Assembly: GCA_029979185.1 (NCBI GenBank)
Contig: JAPOIA010000003.1
Location: 1-44,146 of the forward strand
Origin: Alphaproteobacteria bacterium
GTDB lineage: Bacteria > Pseudomonadota > Alphaproteobacteria > Rhizobiales > Beijerinckiaceae
DNA length: 44,146 bases
Direction of reading: 5' to 3'
Position 1 is the first letter of the stretch. Every line of letters starts with the position of its first letter. This document shows positions 9,198 to 21,203 of the stretch, in pieces. The translations under genes and the position numbers were made by a program. The notes below the pieces were generated by a model. The model was not told where the DNA came from. It made no database searches and was given only the letters and a program-made list of their open reading frames with translations.

Positions 9198-11561
9198 CTA
9201 TCCGCCCAGCATGCGATCGAGGAGGCTACGGTCGGCGCGCGGGATCGACCGCTTCCGATTGGCGTTGCCTATAGGCGCCGGGGGCAAAAGATCATTGCCG
9301 CGATTAACGGAGCCGCGAGGCGTGGCGATTGCCTGCCCCGCCGGATTGATCGTCATCGGCTGGCTTCGGTCATTAGAGCGCTTGGCGACGAATTGCGGTT
9401 TCGAACCGATGAGCGCCGGAGGCACGGGCGGCGGACGGTTGTCGGTAGCCGGATCACGCCAGATGCCGGTCGGCAAGCGTTCCCGCTGCTCCTTTGCAAG
9501 CGCCTGCCGCATGAAGTCGCTCCAGATCAGCACTGGCAGATTGCCGCCGGAGGCCTTGCGGGTCGGCTTGGAATCGTCGTTGCCGAGCCATACGCCGGCG
9601 ACGATGCGGCTGGTATAGCCGATGAACCAGGCATCGCGATAATCCTGGGTCGTTCCAGTCTTGCCGGCTGCCTGCCAGCCGGGCAGTTCGGCGCGGCGCG
9701 CGGTGCCGGTCAGCAGGGTTTCCTGCATCATCGAGTTCATCATCGCCACATACTTTGGCGCGATCACCCGGCCCGATGCATTGTAGCGATGGTTGTAGAT
9801 CACCCGGCCGCGTCCCCTGGCACTGGCCCGGCGTACGCGCACGATGACATAGGGTTCGACACCGATACCGCCGTTGGCGAAGACGGAATAGGCGCCGGTC
9901 ATTTCCAGCAGGTTGACTTCCGACGTGCCGAGCGCGAGCGAAGCGTTCTTCTTCAGAGGCGAATGAACACCAAGACGACGCGCGGTGTTCGCGACAGCGG
10001 ACGGTCCGAGTTCCAGCGCCAGCCGGACGGCGACCGTGTTCAATGACAGGGCCAGCGCCCGCGTCAGCGTCACGTTCCCATAGTATTTGCGGTTGGAGTT
10101 CTCAGGCCGCCAGCCGCGGATGTTGACCGGTCCGTCGACCCGGCGGCTATCGGGATTGAGACCGCGCTCCAGAGCGGTCAGATAGACGAACGGCTTGAAG
10201 GCAGACCCGGGCTGGCGCTTGGCGGCAACCGCCCGGTTGAACTGGCTCGATCCATAATCGCGTCCGCCGACAAGCGCGCGGATACTGCCGTTGGGATCCA
10301 TGGCGACAAAGGCGCCCTGCGACACCCGGTATTTCTTGCCGTATTTGTCCAGCGCATGCGCAAGCGCCTTTTCAGCCTGGCTCTGCATGGACGTGCTGAT
10401 GGTTGTTTCCACCACCAGGTCGTGATCGAAGGCGCCGAGAATCTGGTCAAGCCGGTCCATGACGAAATCGGCAGCATAGTTGATCGACCCGGAGCCACCG
10501 TTCCGTTTGGCCTTTGCCGGGCTCGCTAGCGCTACCTTGGCCATGGATTCGGTGATGTGACCTTCCTGCGCCATGGCCGTCAGCACGAGGGCGGCGCGCG
10601 CCTCGGCGGCCTGCGGATTCCGGTTCGGCGCATAACGGACAGGAGCCTTCATCAATCCGGCGAGCATGGCCGCTTCGGCCAGCGACACGTGACTGGCGCT
10701 ATGACCGAAGTACCGCTGCGCCGCCGCCTCGACCCCATAGGCTCCCGAGCCGAAGTAGACCCGGTTGAGATACAACTGGAGGATTTGATCCTTGGAGTAT
10801 TTCTGCTCGAGCCAGACCGACAGTATCGCTTCCTGGATCTTGCGGCTGGCGGTACGTTCCTGGGTCAGGAACAGGTTTTTCGCCAATTGCTGCGTCAGGG
10901 TGGAGCCGCCCTGCAAACCGCCGCCGCGACGGGCGACATTATTCCAGACGGCGCGGGCAATGCCCACCAGATCGATACCCCAGTGGCTGTGGAAGCGGCG
11001 GTCTTCGATGGCGATAAACGCCTTGGGCAAATAGGGCGGCAGATCGCGCAGACGGATGGCCGGGCCGCCCGTATCGCCCCGATTGGCGAGGAGCGAGCCG
11101 TCGGCAGCGAGAATGGCGATGTTCGGCGGACGCCTGGGAACGGCCAACTGGTCGATCGGCGGCAGCTTGCTGGCATGATAGGCCACGATACCGGTGGTTC
11201 CGATCACGCCCCAGATGGACAGTACAAATCCCCAGTAGACCATTCCGCCGATGATCGAGCGGCGGCGCGGCCTGCGGCGGCGCGCAGTGTCCCTGGGCGC
11301 ATCGGATTGCTTGCGGCCCTTCTTTTCGCCTTTCTGGTCGCCCTTGTCCGGTTTCGCACCGCGCGAGGAGCCGCCAAACATGCGTGCGAAGAATCCCGGC
11401 CTGCGCGTTTTGGCCGACTTGCTACCTGTCTTGCTACCCGACTTGCCTTCGGATTTGCGCCTGCCCGCGCCGATCCGGTCGTCGGGATCGACCCGCAGGG
11501 CCCAGGATCTTCCTGGCATGGCGCCCAAATAGGGCTCCTCTTTCCTGCTGTTGCCGGCCAT
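9198..11561 (-). CDS. Class A penicillin-binding protein (PBP1A family, transglycosylase/transpeptidase)
   Basis: EDRRF..H.G, GGSTLTQQLAKN, RKIQE, SAFK (SxxK), SLN (SxN) and KTG motifs; one TM helix after a basic N-terminal tail. Start uncertain (ATG 11561 chosen). Confidence 0.93.
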   Translation of the reverse strand: MAGNSRKEEPYLGAMPGRSWALRVDPDDRIGAGRRKSEGKSGSKTGSKSAKTRRPGFFARMFGGSSRGAKPDKGDQKGEKKGRKQSDAPRDTARRRRPRRRSIIGGMVYWGFVLSIWGVIGTTGIVAYHASKLPPIDQLAVPRRPPNIAILAADGSLLANRGDTGGPAIRLRDLPPYLPKAFIAIEDRRFHSHWGIDLVGIARAVWNNVARRGGGLQGGSTLTQQLAKNLFLTQERTASRKIQEAILSVWLEQKYSKDQILQLYLNRVYFGSGAYGVEAAAQRYFGHSASHVSLAEAAMLAGLMKAPVRYAPNRNPQAAEARAALVLTAMAQEGHITESMAKVALASPAKAKRNGGSGSINYAADFVMDRLDQILGAFDHDLVVETTISTSMQSQAEKALAHALDKYGKKYRVSQGAFVAMDPNGSIRALVGGRDYGSSQFNRAVAAKRQPGSAFKPFVYLTALERGLNPDSRRVDGPVNIRGWRPENSNRKYYGNVTLTRALALSLNTVAVRLALELGPSAVANTARRLGVHSPLKKNASLALGTSEVNLLEMTGAYSVFANGGIGVEPYVIVRVRRASARGRGRVIYNHRYNASGRVIAPKYVAMMNSMMQETLLTGTARRAELPGWQAAGKTGTTQDYRDAWFIGYTSRIVAGVWLGNDDSKPTRKASGGNLPVLIWSDFMRQALAKEQRERLPTGIWRDPATDNRPPPVPPALIGSKPQFVAKRSNDRSQPMTINPAGQAIATPRGSVNRGNDLLPPAPIGNANRKRSIPRADRSLLDRMLGG

Positions 11562-11999
11562 GTTCCTGCTGCTCTCGATAGGTTTGTCGGGCAGACCCCG
11601 GCCGGTCAGCGACAGCAATACCCGGGGACACACGGAAAAACTCCGGTCCGCTGCAGGGCAACGGGCGGAGGGCGAAGAGGATGGCCAGGGCGAACCGGGC
11701 GCATTCCCCGCTTGTAGGTTAAACCGGGCGAATTAAGGGCTGGTAAAGGATTAATTCTTCGTGAGAATGTCATGCCAAAGCTGCGGGCATTGCCATGGGA
11801 ACCGAGCGGTTTCTCCGAATTCTGGGGACATTTTCCGCATTTCCACCCCTATCGGAGGGTAACGCTTGCGCTCTTTGGTGCAAAACGCCAAACATTCCGG
11901 GACCATTTATCCGGAGCCTGCCCGCGCTTATATTGCGCACCCGAATGCAGGCTTCCGCGGTTTCCGGATTTTTCTAGACAAGCATGACGGACTGGAACG

Positions 12000-13118
12000 A
12001 TGAAAGTCACTCTTGAGCGGTCGGCGTTGCTAAAGTCACTCGGGCATGTCCACCGGGTGGTGGAACGCAGGAACACCATCCCGATCCTGTCGAATGTCCT
12101 TTTACGGGCCGCCGACCAGACGCTGAACTTCAAGGCGACCGACCTCGACCTGGAAGTGGTGGATTCGACGGGCGCGGATATTGGCCAGAGCGGCGCAACT
12201 ACCCTGCCGGCACATACGCTGTATGAAATCGTCCGCAAGCTGCCGGACGGCGCGCAGGTTTCGCTGGAACTGGGCAGCAATGCCGGGCAGCTGCTGCTGC
12301 GCTCCGGGCGCTCGCGCTTCACCCTGCAATCCCTGCCGGAAAGCGACTTCCCCGATATCAGCGTCGGCGAATTCGACAATTCTTTCTCGCTTGCGGCGGG
12401 CGATCTGAAGAAGCTGATCGACAAGACGCAGTTCGCCATTTCGACGGAAGAAACGCGCTACTACCTGAACGGCATCTACATGCACACCATCGATGTGGAC
12501 GGCCATACGATGCTGCGTGCAGTCGCGACCGACGGTCACCGGCTGGCGCGGGTGGAGATACCGGCTCCCACCGGTTCGGCCGGCATGCCTGGCGTCATCG
12601 TGCCGCGCAAGGCGGTGGCCGAACTGATCAAGCTGCTGGAAGAAACCACCGACGACATCAAGGTGGAACTGTCGGCAACCAAGGTGCGCTTCACGGTCGG
12701 CAATGTGCTACTCACATCGAAACTGATCGACGGGACGTTCCCCGACTACAACCGTGTCATCCCCGCCAACAACGACAAGCGCCTCGTCGTCGATTGCGAC
12801 CTGTTCACCGCTGCCGTCGACCGCGTGTCGACGATTTCTTCCGAACGCGGCAGGGCCGTAAAACTGTCGCTGGCCGACGGCAAGATGACGCTGACCGTCA
12901 CCAATCCCGATTCAGGCACTGCAACGGAAGAGCTGGAAGTCGACTACGATGCCGCGCCGCTCGAGATCGGCTTCAACGCCCGCTACCTCCTCGACATCAC
13001 CGGCCAGCTCGACAGCGATACCGCACTGTTCAAACTGTCCGATTCCGGATCGCCCACCATCATCCAGGACCGCGACGGCGCGGCAGCCCTGTATGTCCTG
13101 ATGCCCATGCGGGTCTAG
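12000..13118 (+). CDS. dnaN: DNA polymerase III beta sliding clamp
   Basis: RNTIPILSNV, ATDLD, ETRYYLNG, ATDGHRLA, LIDGTFPDY and the C-terminal VLMPMRV. Confidence 0.98.
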   Translation: MKVTLERSALLKSLGHVHRVVERRNTIPILSNVLLRAADQTLNFKATDLDLEVVDSTGADIGQSGATTLPAHTLYEIVRKLPDGAQVSLELGSNAGQLLLRSGRSRFTLQSLPESDFPDISVGEFDNSFSLAAGDLKKLIDKTQFAISTEETRYYLNGIYMHTIDVDGHTMLRAVATDGHRLARVEIPAPTGSAGMPGVIVPRKAVAELIKLLEETTDDIKVELSATKVRFTVGNVLLTSKLIDGTFPDYNRVIPANNDKRLVVDCDLFTAAVDRVSTISSERGRAVKLSLADGKMTLTVTNPDSGTATEELEVDYDAAPLEIGFNARYLLDITGQLDSDTALFKLSDSGSPTIIQDRDGAAALYVLMPMRV

Positions 13119-13166
13119 CGGCTTCCATTTTTCCCTGCCCCTGCAGTTTTGCGACGGAGAACGTTC

Positions 13167-13898
13167 ATGAAAGTCGAAGCGATTTCCTATGCCGTCGACG
13201 GGCTGGATTTCCAGAGCGAGCTGGTATTCGACGAAACGGCAGCTGGCCCGCGGCCGCTGCTCGTCGCCGCGCCGAACTGGGCCGGGGTGACGCCGCGCGC
13301 TGTCGAGATCGGCAAGGAGCTTGCCGCGCAGGGTTATGTGGTGCTGGTTGCCGACATGCACGGGCTTGCCCGCCGTCCGACCGGACAGGAAAATCCCATG
13401 GAGTTCCTCAAGCCGTTGATTGCGGAACCTGCCGTCACCCGCGCCCGTATCAACGCGGCGATGGACGCCCTGACAAGCGGCGCGACGGAACGCGGCATCG
13501 GCAATGCGAACTATCGCGCCGCCATCGGATACTGCTTCGGCGGCGCCAATGTCATCGATCTGGCCCGCTCGGGCGCCGATGTCGCTGCGGTCGTCAGCAT
13601 GCATGGCAATCTGAAAACCGGCCTGGAAGCCACGGCAGGGAGCGTGAAAGCCTCCATCCTCGTCGTGCACGGTGCGCAGGACCCGATTGCCCCGAAAGGC
13701 GACCGCGATGCTTTCGAGGCCGAGATGACGGCGGCTGGAGCGGACTGGACGATGCTGACATTGGGCGGCGTCTACCACAGCTTCACAGACCCGTCTGCCA
13801 ACCGTCCGCCATCGTCGCAGTTTTCATCGAAGGCATCGCGTTACGGCTATGCGCTGGCGCATACGTTCATCGCCGACGCCTTTGCAGGAAAGCGCTAA
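13167..13898 (+). CDS. Dienelactone hydrolase family protein
   Basis: GYCFGG nucleophile motif, HGAQDP, HSFT; GGAGA RBS before ATG 13167. Confidence 0.9.
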   Translation: MKVEAISYAVDGLDFQSELVFDETAAGPRPLLVAAPNWAGVTPRAVEIGKELAAQGYVVLVADMHGLARRPTGQENPMEFLKPLIAEPAVTRARINAAMDALTSGATERGIGNANYRAAIGYCFGGANVIDLARSGADVAAVVSMHGNLKTGLEATAGSVKASILVVHGAQDPIAPKGDRDAFEAEMTAAGADWTMLTLGGVYHSFTDPSANRPPSSQFSSKASRYGYALAHTFIADAFAGKR

Positions 13899-13906
13899 AG
13901 CAAACG

Positions 13907-14863
13907 TCAGACCGGATCGTAACCGCCTTCACCGTTGAGACGGATCGCTCCGGCAATAGCGGGCTGCGCCCATTTGGCTGTTGCGCCGATGCCGCCAAAG
14001 GCGAACAGGTGCGGCACGACCTGGCCGAGTTCGCCGTTGGCATTGGCTGCTGCAAGCTGGCGGATGATCGGGTCGGGCGCGACCGACTTGAAGGCCTGCT
14101 TGACGAGGCCGCTGCGCGTGGCAAGCGATTCCGCCGAGGCCTTGACGCCGCATTTGCGGGCGAAGTTCAACCACGACATCAGGCTGGTGGGGCCGGCAAG
14201 GCCGATATGAACCGGCACATGAATGCCGCGTTCGCGCAGCCAGCCGATCCAGCGAATAGCGGGCGCTGCATCGAAAATGAACTGGGTCACGATATGACTG
14301 TTCAGGCCGCCGCTCTGGATCGCCGCCAGCTTGGTAACTAGCACCGATTCCAGTTCCTCGTCACTCATCGCCGGGTGCCCATCCGGAAATCCGCCGACGC
14401 CAACATCGGCGATGCGATTGCCCTGCAAGACACCACTCTCGATGATGGAAAGCACATCGCGCACCGAACCGGCGGGAGTGACCGTATCACCGCCGATCAA
14501 TAGGACCCTGGTAACGTCCGCCTGCGTGTTGAATGCTGCCAGCAAGGCATCGACATCCTTCATCGACGCAAAGTGGCGGGCCGCCAGATGCGGCACGGGC
14601 ACAAGGCCGGCCGCACGGATCGCGACAGCCGCCGCAATCCCGTCCTCGGGCTTCTGGTTCGGCAGCATGGTGAGATAGACCGTCGTTCCCGGCGTCAGCG
14701 TTTCACGCAGCGCGGCGATGTCCTTGTCCGAAGGCTTCGTTGCCTCGAATGTGCAGGGCCGCATGAAAGCGGCGATCTGTTCGACAGCGGCATTGTCCGC
14801 ATCCGAACTGGCCGGTATTCCTGACTTGTCAGAATTCGACTTGCCGAAATTCAAGATTGCCAT
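13907..14863 (-). CDS. Methylenetetrahydrofolate reductase family protein (MetF-like)
   Basis: N-terminal FE, PVPHLAAR, LLIGGD, GFPDGHP, IVTQFIFD and CGVKAS. ATG 14863 follows GGGAG. Confidence 0.85.
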   Translation of the reverse strand: MAILNFGKSNSDKSGIPASSDADNAAVEQIAAFMRPCTFEATKPSDKDIAALRETLTPGTTVYLTMLPNQKPEDGIAAAVAIRAAGLVPVPHLAARHFASMKDVDALLAAFNTQADVTRVLLIGGDTVTPAGSVRDVLSIIESGVLQGNRIADVGVGGFPDGHPAMSDEELESVLVTKLAAIQSGGLNSHIVTQFIFDAAPAIRWIGWLRERGIHVPVHIGLAGPTSLMSWLNFARKCGVKASAESLATRSGLVKQAFKSVAPDPIIRQLAAANANGELGQVVPHLFAFGGIGATAKWAQPAIAGAIRLNGEGGYDPV

Positions 14864-14879
14864 GGCAGGCTCCCGGTAG

Positions 14880-16379
14880 CTATTCGCGGCGTCTGGAAAT
14901 GACGAACGACTCGTCCCAGAACCACAGACCGCCATTCTTGTGCAGCACGTCCTGGGTCGCTTCGAGATAGCGATTGTCCGACACGACAGGACCAAGGCGG
15001 TTGTCCTCGATCTGCGCGACGTAGACCGCGTCGTTCCAGGCAGCAAACAGCGTCGATGTGCCGATCGCGCCGGCAACTTCGGTCGGCAGCGTATGCATTT
15101 CGTAGCGGAACAGGGACTTGGCGTCGGAGTTGGCGTTGAAGTTGAAATTCCGCGCGGCGTTGCCGAGCTCCGCCTTCACCGCCTTCAGCAGGTCATGGCG
15201 ATTGTTGGTCACAAACGGCTCGTCGTCTGGCCAGATCTTGCGGATGATTTCCATGCCCGGATCGTTGCCATAGGAGTGAATGCCGATAAGACGCCCGCCC
15301 GGGCCGAGCGCCCGCACCAGCGGAGCCAGGACGCGCTTGGCCTTGAAGTCAACGCTGGCCTTGGCCCGGTAGGGCTGGGACGCGATTATCAGATCGAACT
15401 CCGCAGGCGTCTGTCCCTGTTTCGGGATTACGGAATCGAGCAGGAAGCGATGATCTTCACGATAGATCACCAGCACCGCGGGACGATCGTAGACGGAGTT
15501 GCCCGTCTTGCCGGTATGGGCGTTCCAGTTCTTGGCCAGGAACGGTTCAAGCTGGGTGATCTGCTCTTCAAATGCCGACGAAGTATTGCCGGTCAGGCGC
15601 ACCTCTTCCCACACCATGCTCGAAGCTGCCTGTACGTCGCGCACTGTGAGCCAGGGCGCGTTGGCATATTGCAGATTGGTCAGCACCAGAACGGTCGAGG
15701 GATGCTCAAAAAAGCGGTCGGGCATCTTCTGGAGTGTCAGGCGTACGTCTTCGAGGCTGATTTCCTTGCCCGCTACATAGAACGGCATTGTCGGAAAACG
15801 CGCATGCATGGAACGCATGACCCGCGACAGGATAGTGCCGTCGCCGACGCCGGCGTCGAAGACGCGCACGGCAGGCGGCTTGGGATGCAGATTGGTCAAC
15901 TCCTGCGTGACGCGGTTCGCAACCTCCCACTTCTCGCTGCATGTGTTGACGAACATGAGATACTTCTGACGGTTATCGTAGAAGCGAAAATTATGCTCGT
16001 CGTTCGGCTTTGCGTTCGACTGGGCGTTCGCGACAGCTTGTGCTGGCGGCGCAGGCGGGGCTGCTGGTGTTTGCGGTACCATCGGTGGCGCTGCCTTTTC
16101 CTGGAGTTGCGGCTCAACCGCCGCTTGCGATGGAGCTGTCACTGGAGATCGATCGCGCGGAGGAATCGCGGTCATGCCGCCACGCAGTTTCGGGCTGCCC
16201 TTGTAGTTGCGCATGAATGCGCGGATGCGGTCGAGCGTGTCGGTGGTGATGCGGCCGCCGTTGCGCAACCGGCTGACCAGCTTGCCGTCATTGATGGCAG
16301 CCCGGCCAAAGGTCGACTCGGCCAGACCGGCGGACCGGCAAAAATCGCTGATTTCGAGAAGTAGTTCGTTGGTGCTCAT
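14880..16379 (-). CDS. Hypothetical protein: N-terminal Cro-like HTH, Pro/Ala/Gln linker, C-terminal SAM-dependent methyltransferase-like fold
   Basis: N-terminus STFGRAAINDGKLVSRLRNGGRIT..TLDRIRAFM; VFDAGVGDG (motif I-like), GKEIS (acidic motif II-like), FDLIIASQPY and LGPGGRL. Confidence 0.75.
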   Translation of the reverse strand: MSTNELLLEISDFCRSAGLAESTFGRAAINDGKLVSRLRNGGRITTDTLDRIRAFMRNYKGSPKLRGGMTAIPPRDRSPVTAPSQAAVEPQLQEKAAPPMVPQTPAAPPAPPAQAVANAQSNAKPNDEHNFRFYDNRQKYLMFVNTCSEKWEVANRVTQELTNLHPKPPAVRVFDAGVGDGTILSRVMRSMHARFPTMPFYVAGKEISLEDVRLTLQKMPDRFFEHPSTVLVLTNLQYANAPWLTVRDVQAASSMVWEEVRLTGNTSSAFEEQITQLEPFLAKNWNAHTGKTGNSVYDRPAVLVIYREDHRFLLDSVIPKQGQTPAEFDLIIASQPYRAKASVDFKAKRVLAPLVRALGPGGRLIGIHSYGNDPGMEIIRKIWPDDEPFVTNNRHDLLKAVKAELGNAARNFNFNANSDAKSLFRYEMHTLPTEVAGAIGTSTLFAAWNDAVYVAQIEDNRLGPVVSDNRYLEATQDVLHKNGGLWFWDESFVISRRRE

Positions 16380-16533
16380 GGCGCGCCCCGCTCGTTTCGA
16401 TCCCCGCCTCTTTGCAATTCGATGCTTCCGACCCGCATGGTTCGCATATGGAGTGCTTGCCGATTTACCGGTTCGATTGTCCGTGCAGGCCGGACGTCAA
16501 ATTGAGTTCAAAGTTATGGGAAGTCAACCAAAT

Positions 16534-16577
16534 TTCATCCCACATATTTTGTGGGATGAATGTGTATTATATCCCAC
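16534..16577. promoter_or_regulatory. Operator-like palindrome plus a third half-site
   Basis: TTCATCCCACA-tattt-TGTGGGATGAA (16534-16560) and another ATCCCAC at 16571-16577, in an AT-rich divergent promoter region. Confidence 0.6.
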
Positions 16578-16636
16578 TTTTCCAGCTTTGGAAAATAAAT
16601 TTGGGTCCGAATCACGTTTCATGGCACATCGGTCCC

Positions 16637-17815
16637 ATGCCAGCCGCCGCCACCATCGACATGCTACAGAGCTGCTCATTCCCGGCTATCCGCAGGTTGC
16701 GGCTCACGAATTTCCGCAGCTATGGCGCACTTGATTTCAGGACCGGCAGCACACTGATCGCACTGACTGGCGAGAACGGGGCCGGCAAGACCAATTTGAT
16801 CGAGGCATTGTCGCTGCTGTCCCCGGGGCGCGGCCTGCGACGGGCCGAAATGGCAGCCTGCGCACGCGCGCCGGGATCAACCGGCTTTGCCATTTCGGTC
16901 GATCTGGACGGGCCGTATGGCGAGACCCGGCTCGGCACCGGTACCGAAATCGCCTACCCGGGCAGCAATCCGGTTCGCCGCTACAGGCTGAACCAGGCCA
17001 ACGCGGGATCGGCCCGTGCATTCGCCGACCATCTGCGCGTAGTCTGGCTGACACCTTCAATGGATGGCCTGTTTACCGGAGCCGCGGGCGAGCGGCGGCG
17101 ATTCCTCGACAGGCTGGTGCTGGCGGTCGATGCCGATCACGCCAGCCGCACCAATGCGCTTGAACGGGCCCTGCGCAATCGCAACAAGCTGCTGGAAGCA
17201 AGTCCCGGCAACGGGGCCTGGCTGGATGCGGCAGAGCGCGAGATCGCCGAACTGGGCGTTGCGGTTACAGCAGCCCGCAACGAGACCGTTGCGCGGCTGG
17301 CGGCGCTGATTGCAGCAACGAAGGACGAAAATTCCGCCTTTCCCTGGGCGATCGTTGCCCTGGAAGGGGAGATCGACAGGCTGGTGGCGAACTATCCGTC
17401 GCTGGAAGCCGAAGACCGTTACCGGGGCCTTTTGCGGGACAATCGCGGCCGCGATGCAGCGGCAGGCCGGACCCTGCTGGGCCCGCAGGCCAGCGATCTC
17501 GTCGTCTCCCACGGACCGAAGGAGATAGCGGCCTCGCAGGCATCAACAGGCGAACAAAAGGCCCTGCTGACTGGGCTGGTTCTGGCCCACGCCCGGCTCG
17601 TGGCGAGCATGTCCGGAATCATGCCGATCATCCTGCTGGACGAAATAGCGGCACATTTCGACCCGCTGCGGCGCTCGGCTCTTTATGGCGAACTGCAGTC
17701 TCTCCGCGCTCAGGTCTGGATGACCGGGGCCGATCCAGCCCTGTTTGCCGAAATCGCCGGATGCGCCGATATCCTGCAGGTTCGCACGGGGGCCGTATCA
17801 CCGCTCGAAGGGTAA
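16637..17815 (+). CDS. recF: DNA replication/repair protein RecF
   Basis: LTNFRSY, Walker A GENGAGKTN, ERRRFLDR, STGEQK and LLDEIAAH. Start uncertain (16637 or 16661). Confidence 0.96.
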   Translation: MPAAATIDMLQSCSFPAIRRLRLTNFRSYGALDFRTGSTLIALTGENGAGKTNLIEALSLLSPGRGLRRAEMAACARAPGSTGFAISVDLDGPYGETRLGTGTEIAYPGSNPVRRYRLNQANAGSARAFADHLRVVWLTPSMDGLFTGAAGERRRFLDRLVLAVDADHASRTNALERALRNRNKLLEASPGNGAWLDAAEREIAELGVAVTAARNETVARLAALIAATKDENSAFPWAIVALEGEIDRLVANYPSLEAEDRYRGLLRDNRGRDAAAGRTLLGPQASDLVVSHGPKEIAASQASTGEQKALLTGLVLAHARLVASMSGIMPIILLDEIAAHFDPLRRSALYGELQSLRAQVWMTGADPALFAEIAGCADILQVRTGAVSPLEG

Positions 17816-18024
17816 ACCGGAACACCCCGCCAGGCGGGCGCCACCGGCGCCCTGCGCGATTTTGCCAGCTATCGCAAAGTTGCAAGTTTTAATGAATGAA
17901 ATCAGGATGTTGGCTGCTGTCTTCGGAGCCCTGCAACTTTGGACCGCAAGCAGACCTCAATTTAATCGGAAATTCCCTGAAACAGCCCATGTTCGCATGG
18001 GTTTTGCGTGCATTTGGCCCCTGA

Positions 18025-20604
<2,580 letters not shown>

Positions 20605-20606
20605 GG

Positions 20607-21203
20607 CTACAACTTTCGGACAGCGCCGCCTCTTTCGAGTTTTTCATGCGCTTCCCAGGCCGGCTTGTCGGCCTGCATGCGCTCCAGTTCCGCCCGCTGC
20701 GCCAACATGTCCTGAAGCCGCGCAAGCGCCGCTGCCTTGTTGCGATGCTGGGAGCGTTCGGACCGCGCGACCACGGCATAACCCGTGGGCGTGTGAACGG
20801 CGCGCACTGCGCTATCGGTCGTATTCTGGTGCTGACCGCCGGGACCACCTGCGCGCAGGGTTTCAAAGCGAACATCCCCTTCGCGAAGCGCCTGCGGCGC
20901 AGACGTTTCATCGAGTTTGAAAATGCCGACGAACCAGTTCTTGCGCCTGTGGTTTGGGCGCAGCGGACTTTGCGCCACCCATTGCGCGGTGCCGACCCAT
21001 GAAGCCGCAAACCTTTCGGCGCCATCACCAGACAGGATGACGATTACCGAACCGGGGCCATGCTTGTCCGGCTCGGCGCCCGATACGACGTCCATATCCA
21101 AACTGGCTGCAGAAGCCTCCCGCTGCATTTGCTTCAGGGCACGGGCGAGCGCGAGCCGGCATTCCGCCGGCCCGCGTCCACTGGTGATCAGAAGTCTGGT
21201 CAT
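20607..21203 (-). CDS. prfH: Peptide chain release factor H (ribosome rescue)
   Basis: SGRGPAEC, SPLRP.H.RKNWFVG, GPGGQH and ERSQHRNK; lies directly downstream of an RtcB2 gene. Confidence 0.95.
   Translation of the reverse strand: MTRLLITSGRGPAECRLALARALKQMQREASAASLDMDVVSGAEPDKHGPGSVIVILSGDGAERFAASWVGTAQWVAQSPLRPNHRRKNWFVGIFKLDETSAPQALREGDVRFETLRAGGPGGQHQNTTDSAVRAVHTPTGYAVVARSERSQHRNKAAALARLQDMLAQRAELERMQADKPAWEAHEKLERGGAVRKL

Noticed and set aside
12794-14341. 515-aa Arg-rich ORF spanning dnaN, the hydrolase and metF
   Set aside because: Alternative frame over three real genes, with Arg/Pro/Gly-biased composition.
14940-16364. 474-aa plus-strand ORF opposite the HTH-methyltransferase gene
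   Set aside because: The minus-strand ORF has domain motifs and operon context; this one has neither.
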